64,000 nt of DNA from Gracilinanus agilis (taxonomy: Eukaryota), in contig NC_058133.1 of assembly GCF_016433145.1 (NCBI RefSeq), positions 333,419,959 to 333,483,958 of the forward strand, read 5' to 3'. Within the stretch, counting starts at the first letter, position 1. Each line of letters opens with the position of its first letter. Positions 25,671 through 38,295 of this stretch are shown here, one piece after another. Both the position numbers and the translations under genes were made by a program. The notes under the pieces are model-generated. The model had not been told where the DNA came from, did no database searches, and saw only the letters and a program-made list of their open reading frames with translations.

Positions 25671-26018
25671 TTTTACATTGCATTTTTTATTTCTATTTCA
25701 TAATTATTTTTTGCAGACCAATCTGGTGTCTAGGTAAGTTAGTTCTAGATTTTTGGTTTCTTTTGAGAGAGTTAATATTTTCTCATTTTATGTAAGAATA
25801 AGAATGGTAGAAGAAAGAGAGTAGTTTGTGTGGAGTGAATTCATGACTAGATATAGGTAGAGATATTTGGTTAGAAGTATGTATGAAAATAAACACAGAA
25901 TGAAATAGACCTTGTCAACCTACAGAGGAATTATAGATAATTAGATATGTGGCTGATTGGATGGTAGAGGAGATGTTTTAGGAAAGATTTAATGATTGAA
26001 GTGATCGAATACTGTGGC

Positions 26019-26175
26019 AGGGCAGCTAAGTGGTGCAGTGGATAAAATGCGGGATCTAAAATCAGGAAGACTCATTCTTCATTAGTTCAAATGGCAAAGC
26101 ACTCCAGTCTCTTTGCCAAGAAAACCCCAAATAGGGTCATGAAAAAACAGACACGACTGACAGGACTCAACAACA
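26019..26175 (+). mobile_element. Mar1-type SINE
   Basis: GGGCAGCTAAGTGGTGCAGTGGATA..CTTTGCCAAGAAAACCCCAAATAGGGTCATG..(CAA)n. Confidence 0.85.
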
Positions 26176-26214
26176 ACAACCACCTTACCATGGCACTCAA
26201 AAGATTTTACATCT

Positions 26215-26928
26215 TGCAAATTCACTGAACTCATTTATTGCTCCAATTAAATTTTGTTGTTGTGGAGATGGTGGATTCTCTATTTAATCAATCATTTCTT
26301 CTTTGGATGATGCTTAGTATTCGGGTCTTTACCTCATTGATGTAGGAGAAGCTTCCCATTACCTGAGTGCCCAATAGTATTTGATCACGAATATTCTGCA
26401 TAGTTTCTGAATATGTGCCTAGAGACCTAAACAGGATGTTCATCCTATAAATCAAATAAATAGTTGCCTGAGCTCTCTTATTGAGCCCATCTGCTCCTTG
26501 GCTTCCAAAGAGAAATAATGATATGAAAGTTGGCACTAAAACTTCTTTATGAGGCTGATTTACATTTCAGTCCAGTGTGCTTCCGATGCTGAAGGAAAAC
26601 AAATTAGAATTAAAGTTAACTTTATGGTTCCGGCTCTTTTGGAAATCCAGGTAAAAAGTTAATACCGGAATGAGTTAAGGCAAGATGGAACACAGAAATC
26701 TTTTAAGAAGACTTTACAGTTGTTTTAGTGTGGGTCTTTATTTAATTGTTTGTTAATCTTTAAACTGTATCAGCCAAGAGTTATTTGACACCTCATTAAG
26801 AGCTTATTTAGTGACTAACATCTTTGCTTTCATCGGCTTTTTGTTCAGACATACTATTCTTCTGGGTGGCTGAACCAGAAGTGGAATAATAGTGACATCC
26901 CTGGCACCACCCTCTGCCTAGACCATGC
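26215..26928 (-). other. candidate penultimate exon (26855-26928) and terminal exon (from 26588) of an unidentified transcript
   Basis: branch-like TTCTAAT plus TTGTTTTCCTTCAG| acceptor at 26588, donor AATA|GTATGT at 26855, AATAAA at 26234-26239; plus-strand splice sites are also plausible. Confidence 0.22.
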
Positions 26929-28088
26929 CTATATTAGAGTCCTGGGTGCCTGATTGGAGAGAATTCATATGTAAGTGCCTGACATTCATCTTGATGTTTC
27001 TGCCATCTGTGAGTGTCTCCTACTGATGTCTCCCTCCCCTTCCAGCTCTTACCTGATGTCAAATCAACATTACCAGTTTTGGAAAGGATGCACTCATTTA
27101 TCTTATGATTATACTTACCATTCCTGTGATTTTCCAGATCAACACTTGGCTTTACCCACTATTCCTCTAGATATATGTGGCCTTTTTTTTTAAAAACTAT
27201 AATGTAAATTACCTGGGTGCAGGTACTTGTGCTTTTTGTATTTTGTAGGATTCTAGTTCTAAACTTGAATATGGCCTCAGTGGGTGTCAGTTGGTCCCCT
27301 TTTATTTTACCTGAGGCATAGAGTTTAAATCACTTACCCAGGTTCCCTCTAGACAGAATTTGAATCCAGGAATTTCCATTCTAGAGATAGAGTTCTTTTG
27401 CTGCATTAGTGCTGGGCACATAATATGTACTTAATAAATGCTTTTTAATTCTTTCAGTTTGATTTTTCAACATTGTCAAAAAGAGTGAAAATGCAGAAGA
27501 AGAATCAAAGTATACCTTCTAAGTATTTACGATGGCAAGAACCATTCTGGCATTCAGAAGCATTCTTTTTTCTTTTTTTTAAAATTATTCTCATATCACA
27601 TTGACTTTTTAATGTCTCTACCGTTTCTTCTCCTTCCTTTGCATAAAGATTTAAAAAATAGCAGAACAAAAACCAAACAATACTATCTGACTATTTACTG
27701 TGTCTGGTAATATACGCAACATTTATCTCTATAGTCTCCCGCTTTTAAAGTACAGGGAAAGAGATGCATTTTCTTAGCTCTTCCCCAAGGCCAAGCTTGG
27801 TCATTATAATTATACAGTATTCAGTTTCATTTCATGGCAGAATAATTATTTTTTAAATGAAAAGTAACACTTGGCTAAGTACTCCCATCACTTGAAGGTG
27901 AAATAACATCTATATGTTTGGCTAGAATTGAATGGAGATGTTTGGTTAGATGCATGAAAATAAATGAGACAGATTTTGTTAGCCAGTGGAGAGAATTCTA
28001 GATAATAAGATAGCTGACTGATTGGACAGTGGTGAAGAAGATATTTTAGGAAAGAGCTGATGATTGAAGAGATCTAATATAGTAGTAT

Positions 28089-28320
28089 GGCAGCTAGGTG
28101 GTGCAGTGGATAGAGTGCCTAGCCTGAAGTCAGGAACAATTCAAATCTGGCCTCAAACACTTCCTAGCATTGTGTTTACTTAACCCTATTTGCCTCAGTT
28201 TCTCATCTGTAAAAATGAGCTGGAGAAGGAAATGGCAAACCATTCTAGAATCTTGCCAAGAAAATTCCAAATGGGGTCATGAAGAATCAGAAATGACTGA
28301 CAGGTCTGAACAGTAACAAT
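28089..28320 (+). mobile_element. Mar1-type SINE
   Basis: GGCAGCTAGGTGGTGCAGTGGATAGAGTGC..GAAATGGCAAACC..GCCAAGAAAA. Confidence 0.85.
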
Positions 28321-28566
28321 ACAGTGGCATTCAAAATATAGTTTAAAGACCCCCGAGGTCCATGAGACCCTTTCAGAAGGTTTGCAAAGTCAAAACTATT
28401 TTCATAATAATACTAGGATGTTTTAATATATACACATAATATAGTAAATATCAATAGATATAAACTATAAAAACAAAAGCTCTTGTGGGGAGCATCCTCA
28501 AGCATTTTTTAGCTCATAAAGAGAATCTGACATCAAAAAGTTTGAAAACTCCTGCTCTGGTATATA

Positions 28567-28790
28567 GCTGAGTGATTTGGGGTTATAATCCCTGCTATAC
28601 AGGGAGGCTGAGGCTAGTAGATTATATGATCTTTGGAGCTCCAAATTGAAGTAGGCTAAAATGAATGCCCATGCTAACTTCAGAACCAATATGGTGAACC
28701 CTCTGGAGTGAGGAGCTACTATAGGCTGCCTAAAAAGGGACAATCTATCCAGGTCAAAGCTTCCTTGCCATTACTAGGGGAATCCATCCC
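28567..28790 (+). pseudogene. 7SL (SRP RNA)-derived retrocopy
   Basis: GGGAGGCTGAGGCTAG..CAATATGGTGAACC..GGCTGCCTAA..CCAGGTC, colinear with 7SL Alu and S domains; heavily CpG-decayed. Confidence 0.8.
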
Positions 28791-30034
28791 TTTAGTGGCT
28801 GATGAAGAAGGAAAAGAGGAAATGACAAAATGAGANAATTAAAAAAAAATTTCTGGAAACTTATATTGGAATATGAATGAAAGAGTCTACTAATTAAAAA
28901 ACTATGGTTATAAGGTTTACAGAAGCAGGCTAAATCTTCTCCAAGAATTGTTTCCTAGAAGGGTGATGATTAGGGATACTAGGCTAGAAGCATTGTTATT
29001 CCCAAGACTCTTGAGTTCAGAGTATTGAACTATGTCTAAGAGAAAGGGAGGGAGACACAGGAAATGGGTATAGAAATTAATAGAAGATGCAGCAAAAATA
29101 ATTTAAAGGGTTCAGAGTTTCACATGCTTAATAACTAAATCATTCATTAGCACTTTTTGTATTCTATCTCCTTTTCATCTGTCATCTAAAGAGAACATAA
29201 ACTCTTAGAGTCAGAACTTACTTTAGTTTTCTATATGTATCCTCTGCCCCTCTTATAGATTTTTGGAAATAGTAGATATTTAATAAATGATTCATCAATG
29301 ATGAATTTGTTCAACACATTTATTGTACCTGTTTTGGTGGCCTGTTTCTATTGGAGCTTGACACCACTGCCCTAGAATTGGGGAAATCCAGGAAAGATAT
29401 CCTGCAAAATATCCTGTAGTGTTTCAACTGAATCTTGAAGGAAGCCAGAGAAACTTAAAAGGCTTCAAAAGTGAGGGTGGAATATGGGGAAACACTGCAG
29501 ACATTGGAGAAAGCTAGTGAAAAGGTACAGCATCTAGAGACAAGAACTGGAGGGTTATCTGAAAGTAACAACAAGTAAGCCAGCATTGCCAGAACATAGA
29601 GTAGTATGTGGAGAGAAGTAAGGGTGGAAAACCTGGAAAGGTAGAAAGGGACAGGCCAGAAGAATTTATATTTGATCTGGCCCAAGGATTAGAACTAGTT
29701 AATATCTTATTTTTATTCAAATTAAAATTTAAAAAGCCATTGGAGTTTACTGAGTAGGGGAGGTAACATGGTCATTCCTACTCTTTTGGAAAAAATCACT
29801 TTGGCACCTAAGCAGAAGAAGGATAAGAGTAAGGAGAAATTTGGGGCAAGAAACCAATTAAAAGTCTATGGCTGCAGGCCTAGAGACGGGAGGTCCTAGG
29901 TTCAAATCTGGCCTCAGACACTTCCCAGCTGTGTGACCCTGGGCAAGTCACTTGACCCCCATTGCCTACCCTTACCACTCTTCCAGCTATAAGTCAATAC
30001 ACAGAAGTTAAGGGTTTAAAATTTAAAAAAAAAA

Positions 30035-30434
30035 NNNNNNNNNNNNNNNNNNNNNNNNNNNNNNNNNNNNNNNNNNNNNNNNNNNNNNNNNNNNNNNNNN
30101 NNNNNNNNNNNNNNNNNNNNNNNNNNNNNNNNNNNNNNNNNNNNNNNNNNNNNNNNNNNNNNNNNNNNNNNNNNNNNNNNNNNNNNNNNNNNNNNNNNNN
30201 NNNNNNNNNNNNNNNNNNNNNNNNNNNNNNNNNNNNNNNNNNNNNNNNNNNNNNNNNNNNNNNNNNNNNNNNNNNNNNNNNNNNNNNNNNNNNNNNNNNN
30301 NNNNNNNNNNNNNNNNNNNNNNNNNNNNNNNNNNNNNNNNNNNNNNNNNNNNNNNNNNNNNNNNNNNNNNNNNNNNNNNNNNNNNNNNNNNNNNNNNNNN
30401 NNNNNNNNNNNNNNNNNNNNNNNNNNNNNNNNNN
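30035..30434. other. assembly gap (400 N)
   Basis: run of N. Confidence 1.
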
Positions 30435-30436
30435 AA

Positions 30437-30475
<39 letters not shown>

Positions 30476-30476
30476 G
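30435..30476. repeat. (AAAT)n microsatellite
   Basis: visible tetranucleotide repeat. Confidence 0.95.
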
Positions 30477-30689
30477 CAAATAAAGTATATGGCACTAGTT
30501 TAGGCGAGAGATGATGAGGGGCACCTGCTCTAGGCTAGTGACTAGAAGTGGAAAGAAGAGGCTATATGCAAGAGATAAATGGCAATATCTGACAATAGAT
30601 TGGAAATGTCAAAAGATCTTAACAGGTTAAAATAATTGAATGAATCCACCAGAATGAGTATTTAGTAAGGATAAACAAAAAGTTAAGTG

Positions 30690-31530
30690 TTTAGGTTAAA
30701 ACAGGTAATGGTACAAGTTATCCGCACGGAGAGAGAAGATTAGACAGGCATTCATGTGAAAAAAAAAAGATTTGGAGATTTTGGTTGACTAAGCACAATA
30801 TGAATTAATACAGTGATTAATTGAATGATGAATTAATGATAATAAATGAGTGATGAATTAATACAGACTGCCAAAAAGGGTTGATAGCAGCTGTAAAATG
30901 TGGGGTCTGTCCTAGATGGTCACAAAAGTCCCTTCTAGCTTTAAGTTGTGACCCTGTGACCTTTGACCACTTCCACAGAAATATCATGTCCTAAACAAGT
31001 GATAAATATTATTGTGTTCTTTTCTCAGAACCACACTTTAAGAGGGACACCAATGAACCCCACCAAATCTAGAAGAGAGCAGTGAATTGTCTGGAAACTG
31101 TTAAATAATGGGTTAAAGGGTAGGAGATAGCCTAAAAACCAGAAAAGACAGGGGTGGAGATAACCATTTTCACCTATGTGAAGGACTGTTACACAAAAGA
31201 GGGATTAAACTGAATCTATGCAGTTCTAGAGAACAAAACCAGAACCAATAAATAGAAGTTACAGAAAGACAGATTCCAACAACAAGCATTCATTGAAATG
31301 CCTGCCATGTTTTGGAAGGCTGTGCTAAACTCTGAAGGAGATGCAGAGATTAAGCAAGACAAAGACCCTGCCCTAATGGAACTCACAATTGCTCAGCATG
31401 AGGCAGAAATGCTTAAGAAAGCTGTCTGAAAACTGAATGGGCTGTCTCATGTGGTAGTGAGATCCCTATCTTTGGAAGCAGAAGCTGATTAAACACTTGT
31501 AGCAGATGCTATTTAAAAAGCTTCATAAAT
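30690..31530 (+). mobile_element. L3/CR1 3' fragments
   Basis: GAAAAA..GATTTGGAGATTTTGGTTGAC..; AGAACCA..AGAAGTTACAGAAAGACAGATT; interrupted by MIR3 and L2 pieces. Confidence 0.6.
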
Positions 31531-33229
31531 CAGGTAAGGACTAGACTAGATAATTCCCTGTTTAGTTTCTTTCTACCTCTAATATCCTATAATTCTAGGA
31601 AGCAGCTTTTGAAATGGACTTGAAAGAAGAATTAGGGCTTTTAAAAGCAGAAGTGGACATTCCAAATGGAGGGAATGGCATGAGCAAATTCTCAGAGGTA
31701 GGAAGATCAGGTATATTCAGGGAGGAGATGATGGAGGGTAAGGTTTATGGGTAATGATGGTAGGAAGTCAGGTGAGAAAGATGTAGAAATTTGAAATTAT
31801 TTTTTATTTTTTGAAGAATTCTGGGTTCCTTCATTTCATAGTATAAAGTACTAGTGCTTCCCACTTTTCATTTTTTCCCCACTTATCCAAAGCAGAATTG
31901 CAGTAGCTCAAAAGAAACACAAGGATGTGCAAATTTAGAAACATCTCCATTCCAAATGTTCCTATGGATTATTTATGCCTGACCTGTGGTAGAGCCTTCC
32001 AAGCTCATGTTGGTCATGTTGGTCATGATTGGACACACCATATCTGGACCCCAACATAGTTGTGCCATTTTGGTCCCCCAAAAACATACTTGTATGCTGT
32101 CTCCCTCATCAGAATGGGAGTTCCTTGAGGGCAAGGACTTCTTTTGCCTTTCTTTGTGTATTCTGGGTGCTTGGCACATAGTAGGGGTTTGACAAATGCT
32201 TGTTGGCTACCTAACTGACCAACTGGTTCCTTAGAAATGGTTTACAACCGAACAGAAAGTCAGAGAGAGAAAAACTATTTACTGTGCAGCTTATTACATA
32301 GTCTGGCCTTATGTATAGTATGCCCTCATATGTGTATTCAAAGAAAGGTGAGCTAGAGAACCAGAAATAGGAATGACATCTTTAGGGAAGCACAGCCTGT
32401 TAGTCTTGATATTTTGGGTCTGGAGCTCTCCACCAGTATAATTTCTTTTTTTTCTCTAGTGTGTTATTTATTTCTCTTCCAATTATATGTATGAACAAAT
32501 TTCTACATAGGTTTTCCTAAGTTATATGATCAAACTTATCTCCCTCCCTCCCTTATCTTCTTCCTCCCAGGGCTGGCAGATGGATTATACATGTATCATC
32601 ACACAAAACATATTTCCATATTGTTCATTTTTGTGAGTAATTTTATAAAACTCAAACCCCAAAACATAAACCCAAATATACAACTACAAAATCATTTGCT
32701 TTCGTCTATATTCTTACCAATATGATTTCTAATTACATTTCTTCCAGAAAGCTATGAATGAAAAGCATATTTTTGTGGCATTTCCATTTCTCAAAGTTAA
32801 AATTAAGTGTCTAATCTTTTAAATAAGAATTTTCTCCTCAGATGAAGAAATTTGTATTCTCACCCCCTATAACAAACTGAAGAGGAAGGGGGAGTGGGGT
32901 GCTTAATTCAGAAGTTAAGGGGGTTAGATTCTGGGATCAGACTATTAAATGCTGTCTTTTTTTAAAGAGAATATCCTGAACCTCTTTAAAGTTTAGCAAG
33001 TATTTTACTGGACCTAGAGTTAGATCTGGTACAGTAGATTTGGAGTCAGAGAATCTGGGAGCAAATCTTGGCTCTGCAACTTGTTACCTGTATGATCTTT
33101 GGCAATTACTTAACCTCTCTAGACCTCAGTTTCCTCATCTGTAAAATAATAGATTGAGGCTCGTTGGCCTCTAAGACTTCTTATACTCTAAATCCACAAT
33201 CCTGTGACTTGTGCTCAAAGTACCATTTG

Positions 33230-33630
33230 GTATTGTACATAGCAACAGCAGTACTGTGAAATGATCAATGTGATCAAATATTATATAATACAATGATCCA
33301 GGACAATTCTGAGGAACTTATGACAAAGAATTCTCTCCAACTCCAGAGAAAGAACTGTTGGAGTCAGAATGCAGGTGAAATAATATGATTTTTCACTTGT
33401 TTATTTCAGTTTATGTTTTGGGGTTTGGGTTTTATTTGATTACTCACAACAATATGGAAATATGTTTTGCATGATAATACATGTATCACCCAGATCGAAT
33501 CACTTGGCAGCCATGGAATGGTGAAAGGAAGGGAGGGAGAGAGATAATTTCGATGATAAAATTTAAGAAAATGTGTGTGGGAATTTATTACATGTAATTA
33601 GTTAAAAAATAAAATAAAAAATCTTTTTTT
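33230..33630 (+). mobile_element. L1 3'UTR fragment
   Basis: CAATGATCCAGGACAATTCTGAGG..CTCCAGAGAAAGAACTGTTGGAGTC. Confidence 0.8.
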
Positions 33631-33719
33631 AAAGGTACCATTTGGTTGCTTACTAGCTATGTGACAACAAAGACAAATCACTTTTGGAGATAGGTTTGAC
33701 CATGCCCCATACTTACCCC

Positions 33720-34240
33720 CAATCAAATACACTCCAGTGCTTGTGTATTGCCTTCAAGATCAAATATGAAATTCTCCATTTGGCTTTTAAAGCCTTTTAT
33801 AACCTGTTCCCTTCCTACATTTCCAGTTTTCTTACCCTTTACTCCCTTCCATTTCTTCTTTGATCCAGTGACACTGGCTTCCTTACTGTTCCTCCAACAC
33901 AACTCTCCATCTCCCTACTCTTGGCATTTTTACTGACTTTTTTTTTACACTTACCCTATGCCTGAAATTTTTGTTTCTTTTCTTATTTCTGCTTGCTGTC
34001 TTCCCTGGCTTCCTTCAGGTCTTTCTCAGTTTTCCTTCTTAATGCTTTCCTTCTGTTGAGTGTTTCAAATTTATCCCGTATCAATCTTATTTGTACAGTT
34101 GTTTGCCTGCTGTCATCCCTGTTAGATCGTGATGTCCTTGGAAAGCAAAGACTGTTTTTTGCCCTTCTTTGCATCTCCAGCACTTAGCTTCATGCCCAGC
34201 GCATATAGGTATTTAATAAGTGCCTGTTGACTGACTGTCC
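33720..34240 (+). mobile_element. L2 3' region
   Basis: ends AGGTATTTAATAAGTGCCTGTTGACTGACTG. Confidence 0.8.
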
Positions 34241-35654
34241 AGGTTTATCTTGGCTCAGCCATCAGCTTTGTGATGCTCAGCAGATTATTTCATGCCCCAC
34301 CTTTGACTCATTTTCATCTTTAAAATACTGGGTTTTTGAAAAATATGGTTTAAAGATTTTTTTAAATATGGCATTATGGTGGAATTGCTTATTAGCTCAG
34401 GGAGGGAAAGAATATGAATCATGTAACCATGGCAAATATTCTTAATTAACATTTTTAAATGGGGTTAATAATTTCCATTACTTCAGTGTTATTGGAATTT
34501 GGAAATCATCATGTAAAATCTTAAGGTACTTCTAAAGTATTAGCTAATTTTATCATTGGATCAAAAATTTAGTGTTGGAAGGTATCTCTGGGGTCATCTG
34601 GTCTAGCCCCTTCATTTTATTGACGAGAGAACTCAGGTCTATAGAAGTTAAGTGACTAACCCAAGGTGATAGAAATAGTAAGTAGCAGAAATAGGATTTG
34701 GATCCAGGTCCCTTGACTTCATATTCAGTGCTCTTTCATTTGAAACTTAGAGATAAACCAATTTGCTAAAGGTCACAAGTGAGTATTACCTGACATGGGC
34801 TGGATTTGAACACTGGTCTTCTGTGTCTCTAGCTAACTAGATGTCCTTGAGCAAATTAGTAATCTCCAACTTCTCATTGCTGCAACCAATATTCTCATAG
34901 TGATGTTTTATGTTTTTAAAGTATGAAACATCACATTCTTGATCTCACAAGTTTTCTTATGGATTATTACTGACAGCTTTTGTTTTTGTATTACATATAC
35001 AATGTATTCTCCCCACCCCAAAAAGAGCCAACTCTTATACAACAGAATAAAAAAAAGGAAGAAAAAACTGGTTTAGAAAAATTAATGAAACCAACACAAA
35101 AGTTTTGCATTAGATGCAATGTCAGGTACCCACAGTCCCTTACTTCTGCAAAGAGGTATGGTTACCTTCTACAGCTAGGAAGTGTCTAATATCAGATTTG
35201 AATCCAGGACCTCCCATCTCCAAACCTGGTTTTCCATCTCCTGAGCCACTTGGTTGCCCCTCTGACTAGTTTTTAATTCAGGTCAGGGAGTTCGGCAAAT
35301 GCTAATATATCTCTTGAGCTGCCTTTCCTACCTGCATTTTGCCTTCTGATTTAGATCGCTCTTAGTTTTTAACTGTAAAAAATATCACATTTTGACAGCG
35401 GTGAAACATGTTTACCTGGATTTTCAGTGAGGAGTTGAGCTTTAAAAGTCTTTGTCAAGAGAAAATTATATAGGTTTCTTGAGTATGCATGTGAATTTTT
35501 TTCCTAGGATTTGTTTTCACCCTGTTGGAAGTGTCTACTTCATTGATCCTGGCTGGGAATTTATTAACCTTTAGGGGCAGAGAATAGCAGTTAGTTGAGC
35601 ATAAACATTGAATTAAGACTTATAATTCCATGTCCTTCCCTCTTCTTGTTGTTG

Positions 35655-35843
35655 TTATTTTAAACATTTACCTTCTATCTTAGAACTGTGCTTTGGTTCT
35701 GAGACAGAACATTGGTAAGGGCTAGGCAATGGGGTTTGAATGACTTGCCCAGGGTCAGGCAGCTAGGAAGTGGAGGTCATTTTTGAACCCAGGTCTCCCT
35801 GTCTCCAGCTCTGACTCTATCCACTGAGCCACCTAGCTGCCCT
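35655..35843 (-). mobile_element. marsupial CORE-SINE
   Basis: GGTAAGGGCTAGGCAATGGGG..CCACTGAGCCACCTAGCTGCCC. Confidence 0.85.
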
Positions 35844-36206
35844 GAGTCCTTACCTATTCTAAGACCCATATTACCAGATTGTATGTAGTGGCAATAAAGA
35901 AGTGAAGACTAAGGGAGCTCAGAGTTTCTGTCCAGAAATATCTTTGATGTTCTCATGATTAAATAAAACGCTGAAAACTATTTTGGGAAATCAGACTGTA
36001 TAGCTTTGCAACTTAGCCCATTTTAAGATCAATGCTTCTCTATTTTGTTGCCTCCCCAATTGTCTGGGCAAGATTGACAGTACTAGTAATGAAGGATTAT
36101 TGCCTTCTCCAGGCTGTGGAGCATAGGAGAATTATAGAGATATTAGCACACGTGTGTGACTCACACTGGCATATTATGCCGAATAAATTCTTATCATCTT
36201 ATCAGA

Positions 36207-36440
36207 AGGGCAGCTGAGTGGTGCAGTGGGTAGAGACCAAGCTTAGAGTCAGGATGATTTGAGTTTAAAATCTGGTTTCAGATGCTTGCAAGCTGTGTAG
36301 CTTTGGACAAGTCACTTAACCCTTATTTGCATCAGTTTCTCATCTGTAAAATGGCAGCACACTGGTGAAGGAAATGGCAAACCACTCCAGTATCTTTGCC
36401 AAGACAACCCCATAGAGTTGGACATGATTGAACAACAGTC
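36207..36440 (+). mobile_element. Mar1-type SINE
   Basis: GGGCAGCTGAGTGGTGCAGTGG..GGAAATGGCAAACCACTCCAGTATCTTTGCCAAG. Confidence 0.85.
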
Positions 36441-37254
36441 ACCACATTTTATTATATTTCTTCCATAAACCATGATACCCTTCCTTATACACACAACTAG
36501 AATTTGCTGTTGACTTATTTTAGAAACTGTCAAATTCTCCCTGGAGCAATGATATATATGTATATAGATAGATAGATATTTTATGGCACCATCAGGATTT
36601 CAAAGAAGGGAAAAGAAGAAACAGGAATTGTTCTTTCCCTTTGGCACCTTATTAACATTCCTAGCTGTATATCTAGCATTTTAGGACAGGGGGAGGGAAG
36701 GAAAGGCAAAACTCATATTGGTGTTGGGTCAGCAGCACCAGTGAGGGTTTAGAAAAAGAAAATGAGAACTGGAAGGTATTTCAGAGACCACTGAGTACAA
36801 TTCCTTCTTTGTACCCAAAGAGGTACAAAGGGAGCTGATGGGAGTTGTCCAAGGTCACAAATTGGCCTTGATTGTAAATTCTGTGCTCTTTCCTTTTTAT
36901 GCAGGTTCCTTCTTAATGTATATGATGAGCATCGTGTTTTCTTCATTGGGAGATGTCAAGATCAGAACAGAATGATTGTGGATTTTTTACCCTTTTAGTT
37001 AGTCAAGAGACATTTGTTAATTTATTACTATTTGCTGGGAAAGAAGGGCAAAAAACGGTTTCATCCTCCCAAGAAACTCACATTCTAACTGTGGGAGACA
37101 ATGTGCAAACAAATTAAATCCACAAATAGAGTAACTTTGAGGGAATCTCAGACCCAGAAAGGTTTCTTGCAGAAGGTCAGATTTTAACCTTCACAGTGAG
37201 GGGACAGGGAAGAGAGGGAATTTGGAACTCAACAATTATAAAAAATGAATGTTG

Positions 37255-37450
37255 GGGGTAGTAGCTAGGTGGCTCAGGGGAAAGAGTGCCAGACTTGAAA
37301 ACGGAGGACCTGGGGTCAAATATGAGCTAAAACACTTCCTGCCTTAGTAACTGTGGGCAAGTCACTTAACCTCTGTAGTCTAACCCTTGCTGCTCTCTAA
37401 GTATACATAGTATTGATTCTAAGATGGAATGTAAGGGCTTTTTAAAAAGA
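37255..37450 (+). mobile_element. marsupial CORE-SINE nested in an L1 3' end
   Basis: GGGGTAGTAGCTAGGTGGCTCAG..GGCAAGTCACTTAACC.. Confidence 0.8.
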
Positions 37451-38104
37451 ATGTTAAAACTTGGTTTTGCATGTAATCAAGAAAAAATGATTCTTTAAAA
37501 AAAAATGGATTTTAAAAGAGACTTGAAGCCATGAATGCCAGGAGGCAGAGGCGAGGAAGGGAGTACATTCCGGGCATGGGGGACAGCCAGTGAAAATGTA
37601 AGCAAAAATCTATGTGAGAAAAGGAATTGGAAATCTTTTGCCTCTACTAATGGATAAACTTTTGTAAAAAATAAATATGCAGGACTGATTTTTCATTGCT
37701 TTCCTATTTCTAAGTCACTGCCCCCCTCCCATTCCCAAACTAGTGTCCTGTAGCAGTGCTATCCAAAGAATGGGCCATAATTTTTTTCTGGTATGGTTTT
37801 CAACAATCTATCTAATATTTGTAAGGAAATTTCCAAATATTTTCTTCTTTTGATTTTTAAAAATTTCAATGTTTATTATGAATTTAATTTTTATTATGAA
37901 AGAGTAAGCAATTAATAAATGATTTTTGACTCTCTAAAAGGGTAAGAAATCCAGTCATACTGTTTCTCTCTTGATACCTGACAATGGAGAAAACATGATG
38001 CCCATTTTTATGAAATTTATTATGAATATAATAACAATCATGAATATTTTAAAATATCAAGGACAGAAAAATCTATGAAACTGTACTTGCATTACATACC
38101 ATTT

Positions 38105-38295
38105 TTTTAAACTCTTAGAATTAATAGTAAACATCTACTTGAGGCAGAAGAACAGTAAAGGCTAGGCAATTGGGGTTAAATGATTTGCCCAGGATTACCC
38201 AGCTAGGAAGTATCTGTGGCCAGATTTGAACCCAGATTATCCCATCTCCAGGCTTGACATTCTGGTCACTTCTTTTCACTGTGCCACTTAGCTGT
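38105..38295 (-). mobile_element. marsupial CORE-SINE
   Basis: GGCTAGGCAATTGGGGTTAAATGATTTGCCCAGG..GATTTGAACCCAG. Confidence 0.8.

Larger units (their letters stand above)
29873..30481 (+). mobile_element. young SINE1_Mdo-type SINE, 5'-truncated; tail spans the assembly gap
   Basis: GAGACGGGAGGTCCTAGGTTCAAATCTGGCCTCAGACAC..GTTAAGGGTTTAAAA; TSD AAAGT(C/A)TATGGC at 29861-29872 and 30482-30493. Confidence 0.85.

Noticed and set aside
29962-30495. 159-161 aa ORFs in the track
   Set aside because: Artefacts of translating across the 400-N gap and (AAAT)n
35380-35580. Unique block with several AG/GT sites
   Set aside because: All plausible frames close quickly; conservation cannot be shown from sequence alone
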